From positions 1 to 49,369 of the forward strand of contig JBEHWP010000002.1 of NCBI GenBank assembly GCA_040217665.1: a stretch of DNA of 49,369 nt. Reading direction: 5' to 3'. The position numbers and the translations under genes are program-made. Numbering within the stretch: position 1 is the stretch's first letter; every line of letters starts with the position of its first letter. This document shows, piece after piece, positions 45,474 to 49,369 of this stretch. The DNA is from Vulcanimicrobiota bacterium. GTDB lineage: Bacteria; Vulcanimicrobiota; SpSt-956; JAKJGF01. The notes under the pieces are model-generated. The model was not told where the DNA came from. It made no database searches and saw only the letters and a program-made list of their open reading frames with translations.

Positions 45474-46520
45474 CTAAGACACCACACTTTCTTCCAGAGC
45501 AACATCTTTATAACCTCTTAATAAGAGTTCCAGTCTCCTGTGATTTTTAGCATAGTGCCACATGTTCTCTTCTACTGCTTCTTCTGTTTTTTCTTCAAAG
45601 AGCAGATCATTCAGCATTTCATAGGTTTTGTCTTTACTTAATTCATTATTAAGAAATCCTGTGACAATTTCAGTGGCCAGTTTTACTCTGTCATGACATA
45701 TTTCTTTATATCTTTCACTGTGACTGTCTTTTTCTCCGTCAAGATAGATAATATTGAAATATCCGCCAACTCCCAGGTAATAATCTCTTGCTTCTATGGC
45801 AGAAGCTATTAAAAGACACATACCTTCAACTCTGTCCATTCCATCTCTTCTCTGAGACAGATATTTATCTTTGAAATAATTTCCGAAAGCCCTTCCTGCT
45901 CCGTACACACCTTTACCGAGTGTTTCAAATCCTCCTGAAACCAGGGAAAGAACTCCTATGTCTGCCTTTATACAGTAAGTAGTAAGACCGTAATCTCTGT
46001 CATAGGCCATGAGACATACTTTATTTTCAAATACCGGTTTTAAGTAATCCCTTTTATCTTTGAAAGAAATTATCTTTCTGGCATCATCTTTTATAGCATC
46101 CTGCTTTATATCGATCTTTTTGCCATCAATTTCTACATAACCCTGATTAAAATCATCTGTAGTAAATCCGTAGAGCAGTTTTAAAATATCATCAACTTTT
46201 CTTCTTGTAAGTTCATGAATGGATGAAAGGGTTATATTTCCTATATCACCTGCCGTTTGTATTTTTTCTTTTCCGTCCGGCCCTGATACTATTGTATCTA
46301 TTTGCTTCTGAACCTTATTTATCACTTCATAATGTACTGAAGGATTCCCTACTCCTCCGTACACAGCTTCCATTTTAAGCAGATCAGCACTCTCACCTGA
46401 TAATAATGAATGAATACTATCAAGATAAAAACATCTTCGCCATCTTACATCTATATATTCTTCATCACTTAACATGGCTCCCGAATGCTTATTGAATTTT
46501 AACATATTAACTATGGCCAT
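45474..46520 (-). CDS. Paralog of the proteasome-beta-like protein, lacking the Thr nucleophile (MA- N-terminus)
   Basis: Collinear with its neighbour: MAIVNMLKFNKHSGAMLSDEE vs MTSINAMKFNDYSGIMMCDEQ; DRVEGMCLLIASAIEARDYYLGVGGYFNIIYLDG vs DRVEGSMELLSALNTASRRNVGIGGYYNIILFNG; both end ...L(L/I)LRGYK. Ala replaces Thr1, DSIHS replaces DKIKP, GKG replaces GSG. Strong RBS GGAGGA 7 nt upstream. Confidence 0.65.
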   Translation of the reverse strand: MAIVNMLKFNKHSGAMLSDEEYIDVRWRRCFYLDSIHSLLSGESADLLKMEAVYGGVGNPSVHYEVINKVQKQIDTIVSGPDGKEKIQTAGDIGNITLSSIHELTRRKVDDILKLLYGFTTDDFNQGYVEIDGKKIDIKQDAIKDDARKIISFKDKRDYLKPVFENKVCLMAYDRDYGLTTYCIKADIGVLSLVSGGFETLGKGVYGAGRAFGNYFKDKYLSQRRDGMDRVEGMCLLIASAIEARDYYLGVGGYFNIIYLDGEKDSHSERYKEICHDRVKLATEIVTGFLNNELSKDKTYEMLNDLLFEEKTEEAVEENMWHYAKNHRRLELLLRGYKDVALEESVVS

Positions 46521-46794
46521 TATAATTCCTCCATCTGACTGGTTATATTATTTTTATAAAACACATAATCTAGATAATAATTACATGAAAAAACATATCC
46601 AATATTATATATCACATATTGAATTCTTGCAATGATTGCGTTTAAAAATGACCGGTGATTTTACATATAGATGAAATTAATTAAATGCCCTTACGTTCTG
46701 AGTTCCGGGTTTTGGAGCTTATTAACCCATCATTTATCACCCTATCACCGGAGACTCTTATTCTACAGACCTGATGCCCGGTCATATAAAATAT

Positions 46795-47412
46795 TCATCT
46801 GGTAATAAATATATCTTCATATTCAAGGCTTTCCCCTGTATGAAATTCTATTTCTTTTTCGTAGAATTCTATGGATACCAGTTTCCCCCCGGCATTGCCA
46901 TCTATATGAATTAACTCTGTTCCCGGTTTTACTACAAAGAAAAGCTGTCCTTCTCCTCCTTCTATGGAAACCTCTCCTGTTTCCGTTACAAATACTTTAT
47001 AGTTATTTATATCTACTGTTTTCCCTACTTTTAATTGGGTTCTGTCAGGCACAGATGTTTTAATTTTTTCTTTGTTGAAGAGGGCACATTCTCCCTCTTC
47101 TTCCGTTAACCATCCCGGTTTCCCGTCTTCAAAAGTAAGATACCATTCATCCCAGAAACAATCTTCTCCTCTGTAACGTACTCTTCCTACAACTTCAAAA
47201 TTTTTCCCTTTAATTTTCCCTTTAACCCCTATGGCAAATCTGCTGGGATAATCGGCAAGTTTAGGATATTTACCTGCCACACTCAGACCGAAATCCTCAA
47301 TATAAAGCGTTTGATCACAGTATGGGCATACTGTGCTTCTTACATATACACTTGTGAGTTTCAATACTCCGCCACATGCCGGACAATCCATTTCTCTTAT
47401 TTGCATTTCCAT
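46795..47412 (-). CDS. DUF4178 domain protein with N-terminal zinc ribbon
   Basis: CPACGG..x13..CPYC followed by GKIKGKNFEVVGRVRYRGEDCFWDEWYLTFEDGKPGWLTEEEGE, the characteristic DUF4178 core (W.EW.l.f.dG...WL.e). Confidence 0.7.
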   Translation of the reverse strand: MEMQIREMDCPACGGVLKLTSVYVRSTVCPYCDQTLYIEDFGLSVAGKYPKLADYPSRFAIGVKGKIKGKNFEVVGRVRYRGEDCFWDEWYLTFEDGKPGWLTEEEGECALFNKEKIKTSVPDRTQLKVGKTVDINNYKVFVTETGEVSIEGGEGQLFFVVKPGTELIHIDGNAGGKLVSIEFYEKEIEFHTGESLEYEDIFITR

Positions 47413-47674
47413 AATAGTAATTACCGTTGATTTATATTTATGTAAATTCAGGTAATATCACTTAAACCTACATAAAGACAACGTTAACCAAAAATGTTCT
47501 TATCCAATCCCATTATTATGTAAACATACATAAATCATGCTCGCTTTTGATTACGTTATTTCAACTTTCTCCTTTCTTTATCAGTAAAATTCTGGCTTTA
47601 CTATCAATCATTTACTTATCTAAGTGTTGCCAGCAGTAATTACAACACCGGATAATCTGTGATTTTGTTCCTTC

Positions 47675-47691
47675 CCGTAACGCGTAACGCC
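47675..47691 (-). repeat. Short family 2 heptamer array
   Basis: CCGTAACGCGTAACGCC, between the speE-like stop and the DUF4178 start. Confidence 0.6.
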
Positions 47692-47742
47692 TTTTTCATT
47701 CTTTATTATGCCTGATTTACTGTACAAAGTAATGTTCACTGT

Positions 47743-49369
47743 TCATTGATCATTTTCCTGCCATTTAGACCAGTCTTCATTATAATAATAGGTAATTATA
47801 CTGTTATCAAGTGTGTTTACCTGAGTTTCCCGCCATTTCATATCTTCGCTGAATACAAAAAGACTTTTTATTGTTTCTTCATTTAGATATTTGACAGGCA
47901 CTTTTACTTTACATCTGTTTATGTCAAATCTTTCATTCGAAGCAATGACAAACCCCCAGTCACCGAAGCTTGGTACAAGAGTATGGATCGGTTTGACATT
48001 AAATCCTGCATGTTCTATTGTATTATATATACACCAGTAAGTATTTACGGAAAAAAAGGTTGAAGTGCTCTGAACTACCATAATACCGCCTCTTGACATG
48101 TGGTGACCTGTTATCTGATAAAATGTTGTACTATAAAGTTTTGATAGTTTTTCATTACCCGGATCCGGTAGATCTACAATTATTACATCAAATTTTTCAT
48201 TTGTATTTCTCATGAATGTCCATGCATCCTGAGAAATATACTCTACTTTCGGATCTTTAAAAGAATTTTTATTGAGAGAAGCTATAATCGGATAAGTAGA
48301 ACATAATTTTACCATGTCAGGATCTATATCTACGAGTTTTACCTTTTTCACATCACTGTATTTTAATATCTCCCTCAGAGCAAGGCCGTCTCCGCCACCG
48401 AGAACAAGTATGTTTTCCCTTGAAGGGGCCAGAGTCATTGCAGGATGAACCAGTGTCTCATGGTAACGGTATTCATCAATGGAACAGAATTGTAAATTCC
48501 CGTCAAGAAAGAGATTGACTTCTTCTTTCCATTTTGTAAGAACTATTCTCTGATATTTTGTCTGAAAGGCATATATAATATCCTCTTCATAAAGTGCACT
48601 TTCGGCAAAAGATATTATTTTAAAAGAAAAAATAAGTCCCGTTATAAGCAGGATGCCTGATATGGTTGTCCATATAATAAGTGTATTCCTCCAGAGAAGT
48701 TTTTTGTAAAAATATATTATATTTGCTGCAGTAACTGCTATATTTAATAATCCGAAGAAAAAAGCTGATTCCATAAGTCCAAAATGGGGGAGAAATAATA
48801 TTGGAAAACCTATAGAAGCTACAAGGGCTCCGAGATAATCAATAGACAGTACTCTTGCAAGGTTTACTTTAAGCGTTCCATATTCCTGTATTATTCTCGT
48901 TATAACAGGTATTTCAATACCAATAAGAGAACCTACTATTATCAAAAGACCATACATGAAAAAAGAATAAACCTCTGTATAGGCAAAGGCAAAAAAGAGA
49001 ATGAAAGCAGAAAAACCTCCTGATATAGCAATCCAGATTTCTATGGCAATAAAATTATCTAGCAAATTATGTTCTATATATCTGGACAGATAGGAGCCGA
49101 GGCCCATGGCACTCATAAATACTCCTATGGTTATGGAAAATTGAAATATTGTATCTCCAATAAGGTATGATGAGATTGTGCCAAAAAGAAGTTCATAGCT
49201 TATACCACAGACAGAAATAAAAAAAACAGATATCAGTAATAATAAATGTTCATTTTTAATATTTTTTTCCGAAAATTCTGTCAGAGATTTTTCAGCTTTT
49301 TCCTCATTATTCTCCGAAGATTCTGTCGAGGAATTTTTACTTTTTCCCTCCGAAGATTCTGTCGAGGAA
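47743..49369 (-). CDS. Spermidine-synthase-like polyamine aminopropyltransferase with an N-terminal multi-TM domain (5' end outside the window)
   Basis: C-terminal SpeE motifs: YHETLVHPAM, VLVLGGGDGLALREILKY, VKLVDIDPDMV, DVIIVDLPDP. N-terminal TM bundle. My manual translation upstream of the track start (49116) stays open to 49369 (...HLLLLISVFFISVCGISYELLFGTISSYLIGDTIFQFSITIGVF-MSAMGLG) with no Met, so the gene is truncated by the window edge. Confidence 0.85.
   Translation of the reverse strand, partial: SSTESSEGKSKNSSTESSENNEEKAEKSLTEFSEKNIKNEHLLLLISVFFISVCGISYELLFGTISSYLIGDTIFQFSITIGVFMSAMGLGSYLSRYIEHNLLDNFIAIEIWIAISGGFSAFILFFAFAYTEVYSFFMYGLLIIVGSLIGIEIPVITRIIQEYGTLKVNLARVLSIDYLGALVASIGFPILFLPHFGLMESAFFFGLLNIAVTAANIIYFYKKLLWRNTLIIWTTISGILLITGLIFSFKIISFAESALYEEDIIYAFQTKYQRIVLTKWKEEVNLFLDGNLQFCSIDEYRYHETLVHPAMTLAPSRENILVLGGGDGLALREILKYSDVKKVKLVDIDPDMVKLCSTYPIIASLNKNSFKDPKVEYISQDAWTFMRNTNEKFDVIIVDLPDPGNEKLSKLYSTTFYQITGHHMSRGGIMVVQSTSTFFSVNTYWCIYNTIEHAGFNVKPIHTLVPSFGDWGFVIASNERFDINRCKVKVPVKYLNEETIKSLFVFSEDMKWRETQVNTLDNSIITYYYNEDWSKWQENDQ

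Overview
AT-rich (about one-third G+C by eye) bacterial chromosomal window. I support 33 protein genes and recognised no rRNA, tRNA, CRISPR array, transposase or integrase. All domain calls come from reading motifs in the supplied translations; no searches were run.

(1) 0.2-12.4 kb, plus strand: a signalling island. It holds a sigma-54 enhancer-binding response regulator, then a near-consensus sigma-54 promoter. Five co-directional sensor genes follow: a chemoreceptor, a hybrid histidine kinase and three paralogous HisKA_2-type kinases.

(2) 12.7-39.7 kb: mixed housekeeping and accessory genes.
- RNA-related: an NYN/LabA-like protein and a small Sm-like protein.
- Envelope and glycosylation: a GT4 glycosyltransferase, a PAP2 phosphatase and a GT-C/TPR membrane protein.
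- Peptidases and metabolism: aminopeptidase C, gdhA, proline dehydrogenase, a fused AccD-AccA carboxyltransferase, pyroglutamyl peptidase and an aminotransferase.
- Signalling and regulation: a zinc-ribbon Ser/Thr kinase with an FGE-domain protein, and an ECF sigma/anti-sigma cluster.

(3) 39.8-49.4 kb, minus strand: the most unusual part.
- A spermidine-synthase-like membrane protein that runs off the window.
- A DUF4178 protein.
- Two adjacent ~345-aa paralogs that read as proteasome-beta-like Ntn hydrolases. One starts Met-Thr; the other has lost the nucleophile.
- A DUF4388/PATAN protein.
- A 1226-aa protein with two kinase-like domains, both carrying NYG in place of DFG, plus a transmembrane segment and a beta-propeller.

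Intergenic DNA is unusually repeat-rich. It contains an ~80-bp element in at least 7 copies, all in the same orientation. It also contains GC-rich heptamer arrays (GTGACGC/GTAACGC)n embedded in a ~120-bp element. Perfect hairpins built from other 7-mers sit at gene junctions. Finally there is a family of long GCTCTGGAG-type palindromes, including a ~400-bp nested palindrome.
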